Shown here: positions 1 to 7,927 of the stretch, piece by piece
Layout: each line of letters opens with the position of its first letter
How positions within the stretch are numbered: position 1 is the stretch's first letter
Assembly (NCBI RefSeq): GCF_029504745.1
Contig: NZ_JAQFIQ010000015.1
Span: forward strand, 15,540 to 47,539
DNA: 32,000 bases
Direction of reading: 5' to 3'
Source: Breznakia sp. PF5-3
GTDB lineage: Bacteria; Bacillota_I; Bacilli_A; Erysipelotrichales; Erysipelotrichaceae
The notes under the pieces: generated by a model
What the model was told of the DNA's origin: nothing
What the model saw: the letters and a program-made list of their open reading frames with translations, nothing else
Databases searched by the model: none
Translations under genes and position numbers: made by a program

Positions 1-15
1 TTTAAAACTTTACCA

Positions 16-891
16 ATGCACTTCAAAAGAGCATGGAACAGTGTAAGAAGAAATTTTGCCGAAACATTATCTAGTGTATTTGCTGTAACTGTAACATCAA
101 TTCTAATTGCTATTTTTGTGATTGTCGGATTTAATATTGGAGGTTTCACACAAAATGTTGAAGATAGTGTGAGAGTAGTTGCTCAAATTGATCTTTCTGT
201 TGAAGGAGATAAAATCAAAGAGCTTCAAAAAGAAATTGAAAATCTTCCCCATGTCACAAGTGTAATTTATTCAGATAAGGAAGAACAACTTGAGAAACTT
301 ATTGATAATCCTCAAGGGGGAGAAGGGTATGTGGACTTCAGAGATGATAACCCACTTAGTGCTGTTTTCTATGTAGAACCAACGAGTGGAGACTATTTAA
401 ATCAAATTGAAACTAGAGTATCTCAGATAGACGGTATTGATAAAGTTTTTTTTGGTGGAGAGAGCGTAGCACAGATGGTTTCAGCATTTAATTCAGCTAG
501 ATTAGGTGGTGGAATATTTATAGGAGCATTGTGTTTATTAGCGATTTTCTTAATTTCAAATACAATTAAAATTAATATCCAAAATCGTAAAGAAGAAATT
601 GCAATCATGCGAAATGTTGGTGCTAGTAATTTATTTATTAAGATGCCATTTTTGATTGAAGGGGTTATTATAGGCGCTATAGGTGCAATTATACCAATCC
701 TTGTATCAATTTTTGGTTATGGTTTCTTATATGACTCCATGAATGGACAATTCTTTACAATCCTCTTTAAAATGTATGCACCGATGCCGTTTATTTATTT
801 AGTTAGTTTATTTTTGCTTGCGGTTGGTATGATTGTTGGATTGATTGGAAGTTTTGTATCCGTTACAAGATATTTACGTTGGAAAAGATAA
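16..891 (+). CDS. ftsX: Cell division ABC transporter permease FtsX
   Basis: 291 aa. Basic N-terminus, one TM, a ~130 aa extracytoplasmic loop, then three C-terminal TMs ending in RYLRWKR, which is the typical FtsX layout. No SD before the ATG, so it is probably coupled to an ftsE lying upstream of the window. Confidence 0.8.
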   Translation: MHFKRAWNSVRRNFAETLSSVFAVTVTSILIAIFVIVGFNIGGFTQNVEDSVRVVAQIDLSVEGDKIKELQKEIENLPHVTSVIYSDKEEQLEKLIDNPQGGEGYVDFRDDNPLSAVFYVEPTSGDYLNQIETRVSQIDGIDKVFFGGESVAQMVSAFNSARLGGGIFIGALCLLAIFLISNTIKINIQNRKEEIAIMRNVGASNLFIKMPFLIEGVIIGAIGAIIPILVSIFGYGFLYDSMNGQFFTILFKMYAPMPFIYLVSLFLLAVGMIVGLIGSFVSVTRYLRWKR

Positions 892-902
892 TATTATGTT
901 TG

Positions 903-932
903 AAAAGGTTGAGGGGCACTCAGCCTTTTTTT
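903..932 (+). terminator. Rho-independent terminator after ftsX
   Basis: AAAAGGTTGAG (903-913) pairs with CTCAGCCTTTT (919-929), 11 bp with one G-U, loop GGGCA. The T-run continues to 932. Confidence 0.7.
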
Positions 933-941
933 GTGGGGATA

Positions 942-950
942 TGATACAAT
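942..950 (+). promoter_or_regulatory. Extended -10 promoter element upstream of the pullulanase gene
   Basis: TGaTACAAT at 942-950, 22 nt upstream of ATG 972. RBS AAGGTGA at 961-967. No good -35. Confidence 0.35.
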
Positions 951-971
951 AAATGAAATGAAGGTGATAGT

Positions 972-3050
972 ATGAGAAGAACAAGAATATTTGAGGCTTA
1001 TTTAGATGATTTTAACCTTATACGCATTTATCGTAAGAAGGATACGTATGCAGAAGATAAAGCTTTCTTTTATATGGAAGATTGTGATAATAAAATGTAT
1101 TCTATTCATGTTTTAAAAACATATGAACAGAATGAATATTGTTGTTTTGAGTGTTTCTTTAATGGTGATATACAATTTGGGAAACAATACGAAATTATAA
1201 ATGAGCATGGAAGAAAAACATCATTAATATTTGCTGATATTGTAAAAAGTGAGCGCTTTGATCAAATGTTTTATTATAAAGGTAGTGATTTAGGATGTAC
1301 ATACATGGGAGAGCAGAGTGTTTTTAAAGTATGGGCACCAACCGCATATGATATGTACTTAGAAGTATATGATCACGGCGTTCAAATATTTCCTATGGAG
1401 CGTAGTGAGAATGGTGTTTATACGATTTGTGTTAAACAAGATTTAAAAAATAAAAAGTATCTATATTTGGTAAGTGTAAATGGAGAAATTCATAGAGCAC
1501 TTGACCCTTATGCTAAAGCAGTGGACATTAATTCGAAACATAGCGTAGTTATAGATGTACCAAACATAAGGAGAGACTACGATCTTCCGACTTTAAAAAC
1601 TTATTGTGATGCCATTATATATGAAGCGAGTGTTCGTGATTTTACATTGGGAAAAACATTTAAAAGTTTTACAGAAGAGAATAATGAAGGAACAGGCTTT
1701 TCATATGTTAAGAACTTAGGAATTACGCATATACAATTGCTTCCAACCTTTGATTTTAGTGGAGTAAATGAAAGTAATCCATCACTTATGTATAATTGGG
1801 GATACGATGTAAATCAGTGGATGGCCTTAGAAAATTCTTATAGTAGTAATCTGTTGGAACCTATACAAGGAATCTTAGATTTGCAAAACCTAGTAAATAA
1901 GTGTCACGAAGTAGGGATAAGAGTAAATTTAGATGTTGTTTATAATCATGTGTTTGAACTTGAAACATCTTGTTTACAACAGTTAGTCCCTTTCTACTAT
2001 TTTCAACTACATTCTGATCACACATTTTCTAATGCAACAATGTGTGGAAATGATATTGATTCTAAACGATTGATGTGTCGCAAGTTAATTGTTGATTCTT
2101 GCATGTACTTAATAGACACCTTTAATATTGATGGATTACGATTTGATTTAATGGGGATCTTGGATATTGAAACAATGAATAAGATTGTTGCAGAAGCAAA
2201 GCTTAGAAAGTTAGATTTCATGATATATGGAGAAGGGTGGAATATGCCTTCAACTTTACCAGAAAAGGAAAGAGCAACAATTGATAACAATTGGGAAATG
2301 CCACAAGTGGCACACTTCTCAGATGTTTTTAGAGATGTTATAAAAGGGAAGCAGATTGATAAATATTTGGAATATGGATATGCATTGGGAAATACGGGGA
2401 TGATTTATCAAGCTATGAATGTATTGAGTGCAAGTGTCGGTGATTTTGGATATCGTAAAGTGTTTACAACCCCAATGAATGTTATTAATTATGTAGAATG
2501 CCATGATAATATGACAAGTTGGGATCAAATCGATGCTGCGATGGATGAAACAGAGGAAGATAAGGTAAAACGTCATAAAATGCTATTAGCATTCGTATTG
2601 CTAGCACAAGGAATTCCATTTCTACAAAGTGGGCAGGAATTTTTGCGTACAAAATATGGACATAATAATACATATAATTTAGGAGATGATATCAATCACA
2701 TTGATTATAATCGTAAAGATAAATATATTGATGTTGTCAATTATACAAAAGACTTAATAGCGATACGTAAACAACATATGTTATTTCGAATGAATGATGT
2801 TGATAAGATTTATCATAATATATATTATGAACATATCAGTGAAAGAGTATTATTTTATATTTTAGAAGGTAAAGACTATAAATTGCAGGTAGTTTTTAAT
2901 CCAACGCGTGAAAAATACACAAAAGTTTTAGATGAAGAGTGGGAAATTATTTTCTATAATGGGAAAATAAATGGCAGAATAGTGAAAAAATTTGATATTT
3001 TTCCATTAGATGTTATAATTTTAAAGGTTAAAAAGGAGGAGACTGAATGA
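972..3050 (+). CDS. pulA: Type I pullulanase / glycogen-debranching enzyme (GH13), cytoplasmic
   Basis: 692 aa. Pullulanase signature YNWGYDV plus GH13 regions DVVYNH, GLRFDLMG, YGEGWN and YVECHDN. No signal peptide. Confidence 0.85.
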   Translation: MRRTRIFEAYLDDFNLIRIYRKKDTYAEDKAFFYMEDCDNKMYSIHVLKTYEQNEYCCFECFFNGDIQFGKQYEIINEHGRKTSLIFADIVKSERFDQMFYYKGSDLGCTYMGEQSVFKVWAPTAYDMYLEVYDHGVQIFPMERSENGVYTICVKQDLKNKKYLYLVSVNGEIHRALDPYAKAVDINSKHSVVIDVPNIRRDYDLPTLKTYCDAIIYEASVRDFTLGKTFKSFTEENNEGTGFSYVKNLGITHIQLLPTFDFSGVNESNPSLMYNWGYDVNQWMALENSYSSNLLEPIQGILDLQNLVNKCHEVGIRVNLDVVYNHVFELETSCLQQLVPFYYFQLHSDHTFSNATMCGNDIDSKRLMCRKLIVDSCMYLIDTFNIDGLRFDLMGILDIETMNKIVAEAKLRKLDFMIYGEGWNMPSTLPEKERATIDNNWEMPQVAHFSDVFRDVIKGKQIDKYLEYGYALGNTGMIYQAMNVLSASVGDFGYRKVFTTPMNVINYVECHDNMTSWDQIDAAMDETEEDKVKRHKMLLAFVLLAQGIPFLQSGQEFLRTKYGHNNTYNLGDDINHIDYNRKDKYIDVVNYTKDLIAIRKQHMLFRMNDVDKIYHNIYYEHISERVLFYILEGKDYKLQVVFNPTREKYTKVLDEEWEIIFYNGKINGRIVKKFDIFPLDVIILKVKKEETE

Positions 3051-3406
3051 TTCAAAAGAAAAGTATTGTAACGAGCGTTATTTTAGGAATCGTTACATGT
3101 GGAATTTATAATCTATACTGGATGAGTCAAATTACTAACAATGTTGCAGATATTAAACGCGATAATAGCTATCGTACAGGTAGTAGTGTAGTGTTATTGA
3201 CAATCGTAACTTGTGGTATTTATGGGTACTATTGGGTATATGTAACAAGCCGTGATATTTTCTATCTTGAGCAAGATTATAATATGCGTACAAGTGATAA
3301 TAGTGTTATCAATGTTATTTTTGCAATTTTCACTATGCAACTTGTACCGTTGGCAATTATGCAATCATCGATTAATAACTTAAGCGATGAAATTTATTCA
3401 GCTTAA
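3047..3406 (+). CDS. Small membrane protein, DUF4234-like
   Basis: 119 aa. Duplicated motif IVTCGIYxxYW (GIVTCGIYNLYW and TIVTCGIYGYYW) in hydrophobic segments. ATG overlaps the pulA stop as ATGA. Strong RBS AAGGAGGAG at 3034-3042. Confidence 0.7.
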   Translation: MIQKKSIVTSVILGIVTCGIYNLYWMSQITNNVADIKRDNSYRTGSSVVLLTIVTCGIYGYYWVYVTSRDIFYLEQDYNMRTSDNSVINVIFAIFTMQLVPLAIMQSSINNLSDEIYSA

Positions 3407-3779
3407 AAATATTATATTTGGATGTTTGGCTATTGCATTGTTGATATTTGTAGTGGATGTGTATTGTCCATTAGAAACAATATTTGGAATACCATGTCCA
3501 GGCTGTGGAATGAGTACGGCATTGTATTATGTGCTACGCTTAGACTTTGCTACAGCGATTTATTTTCATCCAATGGTATTGGTTTGCATTTTATATTTTA
3601 TGGGTATTGGAATTGTATATTTGAAATATCATACATTTCAAGTAAAGATAGTGAAGATATTTACCATAATCTTTGTAGGCTTGTTAATCATTACTTATAT
3701 TTATCGAATGATTAATATATTTCCAGAATATCCAATGCTATATAATGAAGACAGTATATTAGGGAGAATAATAAAGTAG
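3387..3779 (+). CDS. Small membrane protein, DUF2752-like
   Basis: 130 aa. Motif CPLETIFGIPCPGCGMSTA, which is the CPxCG hallmark of DUF2752, followed by 3 TMs. Overlaps the previous ORF by 20 nt. No SD, so the start is uncertain. Confidence 0.65.
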   Translation: MKFIQLKNIIFGCLAIALLIFVVDVYCPLETIFGIPCPGCGMSTALYYVLRLDFATAIYFHPMVLVCILYFMGIGIVYLKYHTFQVKIVKIFTIIFVGLLIITYIYRMINIFPEYPMLYNEDSILGRIIK

Positions 3780-3808
3780 AGATGGGGAAACCCATCTCTA
3801 TTTTATTT
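3777..3808. terminator. Bidirectional terminator between convergent genes
   Basis: Perfect 10-bp stem TAGAGATGGG (3777-3786) / CCCATCTCTA (3791-3800), loop GAAA, T-run downstream. The stem contains both stop codons (TAG 3777-3779 on +; CTA 3798-3800 is TAG on -). Confidence 0.75.
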
Positions 3809-5843
3809 CTATTAGTTTTACTTCACCTTTTTTGAAAGGTAAAAATAAAGTATTTTGATTTTGTACAGGAGGTATTGGATTATCAGCTGTAGAATATATT
3901 TCTTTGATACTTTTTATTTGTTGTTTGGTTTTATTTGTTAATACCTCAAGGTTACTAGTATATTCATGTTCGTTATTTAAATCTGTATTTGCAACGATTA
4001 ATAGAGTTTTATCTTTATTGATTAAATAAGAACCAAGAGCATAAATATCGTCACTTTGAAAACTGGCCGCAATATGTCTATTTCTTGTGGAAATCGCAAC
4101 AAGATATTCCTTACGTATATCTTTTAATATTTTCAACATATTAATTAGTCTTGGATCATAATCATTATAAGTAAAATAGAATGGATCAAAAAGAGCAAGC
4201 TTATTATAGCGAGGGTCATCCTTAGGGAGATTGTAGCGTTCGCTTTCTTCGCAATCTAGTCCAAGATTCATCGGTTGTACTTCAAAGAGTTCTTGTCCAG
4301 AGTTTATAAAAGCAACGCCGTTAGGTAAGAAAAGGTTTAGTGCGCTGAGCATGATATTTAATTCTTTTTTTCCTGTTTTTGCACTTACTCGAGAAGTGTC
4401 ATGAGATTCGCTTAATGCAAATACAGGACAAGCAAGATTAGGAACACGACGATAAAAGGCTTGTAGTTTTCCTTGTTGAATACGGCTTTCTTCACTGAAA
4501 CCATTGCCTAAAATCATATTATATCCTTGCTTCTTCAAAGTTTTCGCATTTGAAATGTCTAACTCCTCTGCGATAAAACAAATATCAGAATCTATTTTTT
4601 TGGCTTCTTTAATAATTCCATCGACTAAAGCAAGCGGTAGGGCATGCCCCATGTCAATTCTTACACCATCAAGTCCCAATTCTTTTTGATAGAAAGGAAC
4701 AATGTTTGTTAGTTTATTCCATAACTCAGTATTTATTTTTAGGCAGGGATGCATACTTGATTTAGCACTGTCAAAAAACAAATATGGAGGATGTCCTTCT
4801 TCAATATGACACATGGCTAATTCATTGTTATCTAAATACATTCTAGTGTATGTTACATCACTCCAAACGGGTTGTGGATCATTGATCCAATCTGAAAATG
4901 CAGGAGCGACAATAACTCCAAATTCTTTTTCAATAGCTTCTAATAAGTTTTCATTCGTTGCTTCGCATTGTTTTACTAAATTTGTATATTTTTCAGAATC
5001 ACTCGTTTTGGGATCATAACAGAAGTGACTTAAGAATTTTTTGGTACTAGGATCTTGATATACAAGTTCCATATTTTTTTTGTTTGGTGGTACTAGTTGC
5101 TTGATATGTTTATAGTAAGGTAACTTGTAATCATCTTTGAATGCAGCATCAATCCAATAAAACCAATCAGGATTTTCTTTTATTAACGTTGAATCAATAG
5201 CAGCAGTTCTTGGGATGATATCAATGATTACTCGCATATCAAGAATATGGCAAGCTTCAAAGAATGCTTTTGCTTGTTCTAATAATGTCAATTCATCTAA
5301 TAGTGGATCATACAATGTATCATCAAGAGTAAAAATGTTTCGAATCGCATAACAAGATCCGAATTCACCTTTTTTGAATTCTTTACTGTTTTCAAAAAAT
5401 GGCAGTAGATAAATCGTATCAATCCCCATATCTTTTAGATAGGAAAGAATGAAAATCTGCTTTAAAAAGGTTCCACTTTCTTTAAATCCGTCATCATTAC
5501 AAAGTTTTATTTGTCCATCTTGATCATGGTCATAACTACTGCTACTGCGAATCATAGATGAATAAACAAAAGCTTGCTTAATCCAATCCCCATTTTTACT
5601 TTTTATTTGTTTCAATTGTGATAAAGACTGTAGATAGTCTTTATTTGGTTTATTTTTTATAATTGCTTTTAATCCTTCTGCATAAAAAGCATAAGGATTT
5701 ACATTCATTTGGTTATGTTTAAATTCCTTGTAATCCTCATAATTGAAAAAGTTAAAATTATAAGGAAGGATATAATTTTTATCCAGTTTACAATTCACTT
5801 TCTTTTTTTCTAAATTTTTAATTGCTTTTTTAATATATTTCAT
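3798..5843 (-). CDS. GH13 alpha-glucan-active enzyme, maltosyltransferase / maltodextrin glycosyltransferase-like, cytoplasmic
   Basis: Start moved to the internal ATG at 5843 (MKYIKKAIKNL..., 681 aa), preceded by RBS AAGGGG (5855-5850). Motifs: GIDTIYLLPFF, ACHILDMRVIIDIIPRTAA, ENPDWFYWI, GLDGVRIDMGHALP, FIAEELD. From memory these blocks resemble the Thermotoga maritima maltosyltransferase. Confidence 0.7.
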   Translation of the reverse strand: MKYIKKAIKNLEKKKVNCKLDKNYILPYNFNFFNYEDYKEFKHNQMNVNPYAFYAEGLKAIIKNKPNKDYLQSLSQLKQIKSKNGDWIKQAFVYSSMIRSSSSYDHDQDGQIKLCNDDGFKESGTFLKQIFILSYLKDMGIDTIYLLPFFENSKEFKKGEFGSCYAIRNIFTLDDTLYDPLLDELTLLEQAKAFFEACHILDMRVIIDIIPRTAAIDSTLIKENPDWFYWIDAAFKDDYKLPYYKHIKQLVPPNKKNMELVYQDPSTKKFLSHFCYDPKTSDSEKYTNLVKQCEATNENLLEAIEKEFGVIVAPAFSDWINDPQPVWSDVTYTRMYLDNNELAMCHIEEGHPPYLFFDSAKSSMHPCLKINTELWNKLTNIVPFYQKELGLDGVRIDMGHALPLALVDGIIKEAKKIDSDICFIAEELDISNAKTLKKQGYNMILGNGFSEESRIQQGKLQAFYRRVPNLACPVFALSESHDTSRVSAKTGKKELNIMLSALNLFLPNGVAFINSGQELFEVQPMNLGLDCEESERYNLPKDDPRYNKLALFDPFYFTYNDYDPRLINMLKILKDIRKEYLVAISTRNRHIAASFQSDDIYALGSYLINKDKTLLIVANTDLNNEHEYTSNLEVLTNKTKQQIKSIKEIYSTADNPIPPVQNQNTLFLPFKKGEVKLIEIK

Positions 5844-5896
5844 ACGTTGCCCCTTACTACTATTATAGAATATTGTGCGTTTAAAATAAATAAATA

Positions 5897-5905
5897 TGAT
5901 ATAAT
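5897..5905 (+). promoter_or_regulatory. Extended -10 element upstream of ung
   Basis: TGaTATAAT at 5897-5905. RBS GAGGTG at 5915-5920. Confidence 0.35.
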
Positions 5906-5926
5906 TGCAACGATGAGGTGATGTAC

Positions 5927-6580
5927 ATGGATATCGAGGCAATTGTCCAAGAAGAAAAAGAAAAAGAATATTTTAAAAAATTGGCAAAATATATAAATAG
6001 TCGCTATATTAATTCTACGGTATATCCACCAAAAGAAAAGCTATTTGCCTGTTTAAAAGAGTGTGATATGAATGATGTGAAAGTGGTTATCTTGGGGCAG
6101 GATCCATATCATCAAAAAGGGCAAGCTATGGGCTTATCTTTTTCGGTACCAAAAGGTGTTAAAGTACCACCAAGCTTAGTGAACATCTACAAAGAATTAC
6201 AAGATGATTTGGGGGTTGATTTACCTAATCATGGAGATTTAACAAGCTGGACAAAACAAGGTGTGTTATTAATGAATACGGTATTAAGTGTTGAAGATAG
6301 TAATGCTAATTGTCATAAAGGAAAAGGTTGGGAAATTTTCACGGATCGAATTATGCGTGAATTAAATGACTATGATAAACCATTGGTGTTTATTTTGTGG
6401 GGTAAGCCAGCACAAGAAAAAGCAAGGTTAATAGATAATCCTAAGCATTTATTGTTGAAGAGTGTACATCCATCGCCGTTGAGTGCTTATCGAGGTTTCT
6501 TTGGTAGTAAACCATTTTCTAAAGCAAATACTTTTTTGAAAGCAAACGGAAGAAATGAAATAGATTGGAGAATTGTATAG
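5927..6580 (+). CDS. ung: Uracil-DNA glycosylase, family 1
   Basis: Motifs VILGQDPYH and HPSPLSA. ATG 5927 chosen because it lies 6 nt after GAGGTG. The ORF-track start 5918 is a GTG inside that RBS. Confidence 0.9.
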   Translation: MDIEAIVQEEKEKEYFKKLAKYINSRYINSTVYPPKEKLFACLKECDMNDVKVVILGQDPYHQKGQAMGLSFSVPKGVKVPPSLVNIYKELQDDLGVDLPNHGDLTSWTKQGVLLMNTVLSVEDSNANCHKGKGWEIFTDRIMRELNDYDKPLVFILWGKPAQEKARLIDNPKHLLLKSVHPSPLSAYRGFFGSKPFSKANTFLKANGRNEIDWRIV

Positions 6581-7818
6581 TGGTTTTTAAAAATTCATAT
6601 GAAGTGATTGAAGCGATAGAAGTGAAAAAGCGCAATGGAATTGATTTGAAAAGCTTTAAAGCTTTTATGGATTCGCTAGACAATCCACAGTGGAAACTGA
6701 AATGTATTCATGTTGGTGGTACAAATGGAAAAGGTAGTACTACCAATGTAATGAGAAGTATTTTACAAAAAGCAGGGTATAAAGTAGGAACATTTACTTC
6801 TCCCTATTTGGAAAGACATCATGATCGTATTCGTATCAACGATGTTTTCATTGAAGATGAAGTAATTACTCAATATGCTAATGTATATTATGAAGAATGG
6901 TTAAAATTTGATTTGAGTATGTTTGAGATTGATATGTTTATAGCAGTGAAATATTTTCTTGATCATCAAGTTGATATTGCCATTTTTGAAGTAGGACTTG
7001 GTGGAGATCAAGACGCAACCAATATTGTTGATCCTATGGTAAGTGTTATTACGAATATAGGATTGGATCACATGGAGTTTTTAGGTAATACATATGCTTC
7101 CATTGCTACTGCAAAAGCAGGAATTATTAAAAAAAATAGAGCCTTGGTAACAAGTGAAAAAAGAGAAGAATGTCTTACTATTTTTAAAAATAAATGCAAA
7201 GAAATGAATGTGAAGATGTTGGAATGTGGTGAAATAGAAAATATTATAGTAGATAAAGAATTAGCTTTTGACTATAAGGGGTTTCATGTAAAACAAAATA
7301 CATTGGCAAAGTATCAAGCTTTGAACACAGCATTAGCGATAGAAACGATGCTTTATTTAAGAAACCATGATTTGGTTGATATAAGTGATGAGGATATTTT
7401 AAAGGGTATTTATGATGCAAAATGGAAAGGACGTTTTGAAGTTATTCAAAAACATCCATTGGTAATTATTGATGGCGCTCACAATGAAGAAGGCATAAAG
7501 GCGCTTGTTGACTCATGTCAAAACTATGATAATATAAGAATATTGTTTAGTGCATTAGTAGATAAACCTTATGATAAGATGTTAGATGCACTTCTAAGCT
7601 TAACAGAGGATGTAACGGTATGTGAATTTCCATTTGTACGAGCAGCAAGTGCAGAAACGATTAGCAAAGATCATGATGTGAGAATCATCAAAGATTATAA
7701 AGAAGCAATTCATGCTTTGATGGATGAAGCACATACACTATTAATTTGTGGATCTTTATATTTTATCTCTGATGTAAGAAACTATTTTTTTGAGAAAGGA
7801 GAGTCTACTCTTAAGTAG
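6565..7818 (+). CDS. folC: Folylpolyglutamate synthase / dihydrofolate synthase
   Basis: Mur-ligase P-loop HVGGTNGKGST, plus the DGAHN motif. Start is uncertain: TTG 6565, or GTG 6580 overlapping the ung TAG by 1 nt with GGAG 9 nt upstream. Confidence 0.85.
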   Translation: MENCIVVFKNSYEVIEAIEVKKRNGIDLKSFKAFMDSLDNPQWKLKCIHVGGTNGKGSTTNVMRSILQKAGYKVGTFTSPYLERHHDRIRINDVFIEDEVITQYANVYYEEWLKFDLSMFEIDMFIAVKYFLDHQVDIAIFEVGLGGDQDATNIVDPMVSVITNIGLDHMEFLGNTYASIATAKAGIIKKNRALVTSEKREECLTIFKNKCKEMNVKMLECGEIENIIVDKELAFDYKGFHVKQNTLAKYQALNTALAIETMLYLRNHDLVDISDEDILKGIYDAKWKGRFEVIQKHPLVIIDGAHNEEGIKALVDSCQNYDNIRILFSALVDKPYDKMLDALLSLTEDVTVCEFPFVRAASAETISKDHDVRIIKDYKEAIHALMDEAHTLLICGSLYFISDVRNYFFEKGESTLK

Positions 7819-7821
7819 AAG

Positions 7822-7900
7822 TCTTAGAATGTACGCATTGTGAAAGAATGCGGAATTTACGCCTGTGGAGTGTACGCACGTCAGAAGCAGGAATTCTAAT
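7822..7900 (+). promoter_or_regulatory. Structured 5' leader of folT; candidate folate (THF) riboswitch
   Basis: Closing helix TTAGAAT (7824-7830) / ATTCTAA (7893-7899). Hairpin CGCATT-GTGAAAG-AATGCG (7834-7852). Hairpin GTG-TACG-CAC (7870-7879). It sits between folC and folT. The consensus match was not verified. Confidence 0.45.
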
Positions 7901-7927
7901 ACTCATGTAGTGAGTAGCATTAGTAAA

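Noticed and set aside
3422-3715. 97-aa + strand ORF overlapping the DUF2752-like gene in another frame.
   Set aside because: The alternative frame (3387-3779) carries the conserved CPxCG motif and clean TM helices. This frame has no recognisable features.
5844-5942. 33-codon N-terminal extension of the GH13 ORF (MPRYPCTSPHRCNYIIFIYFKRTIFYNSSKGQR).
   Set aside because: The extension runs through the divergent promoter region and into ung. The internal ATG 5843 has a good AAGGGG RBS, and the protein from that start looks complete.
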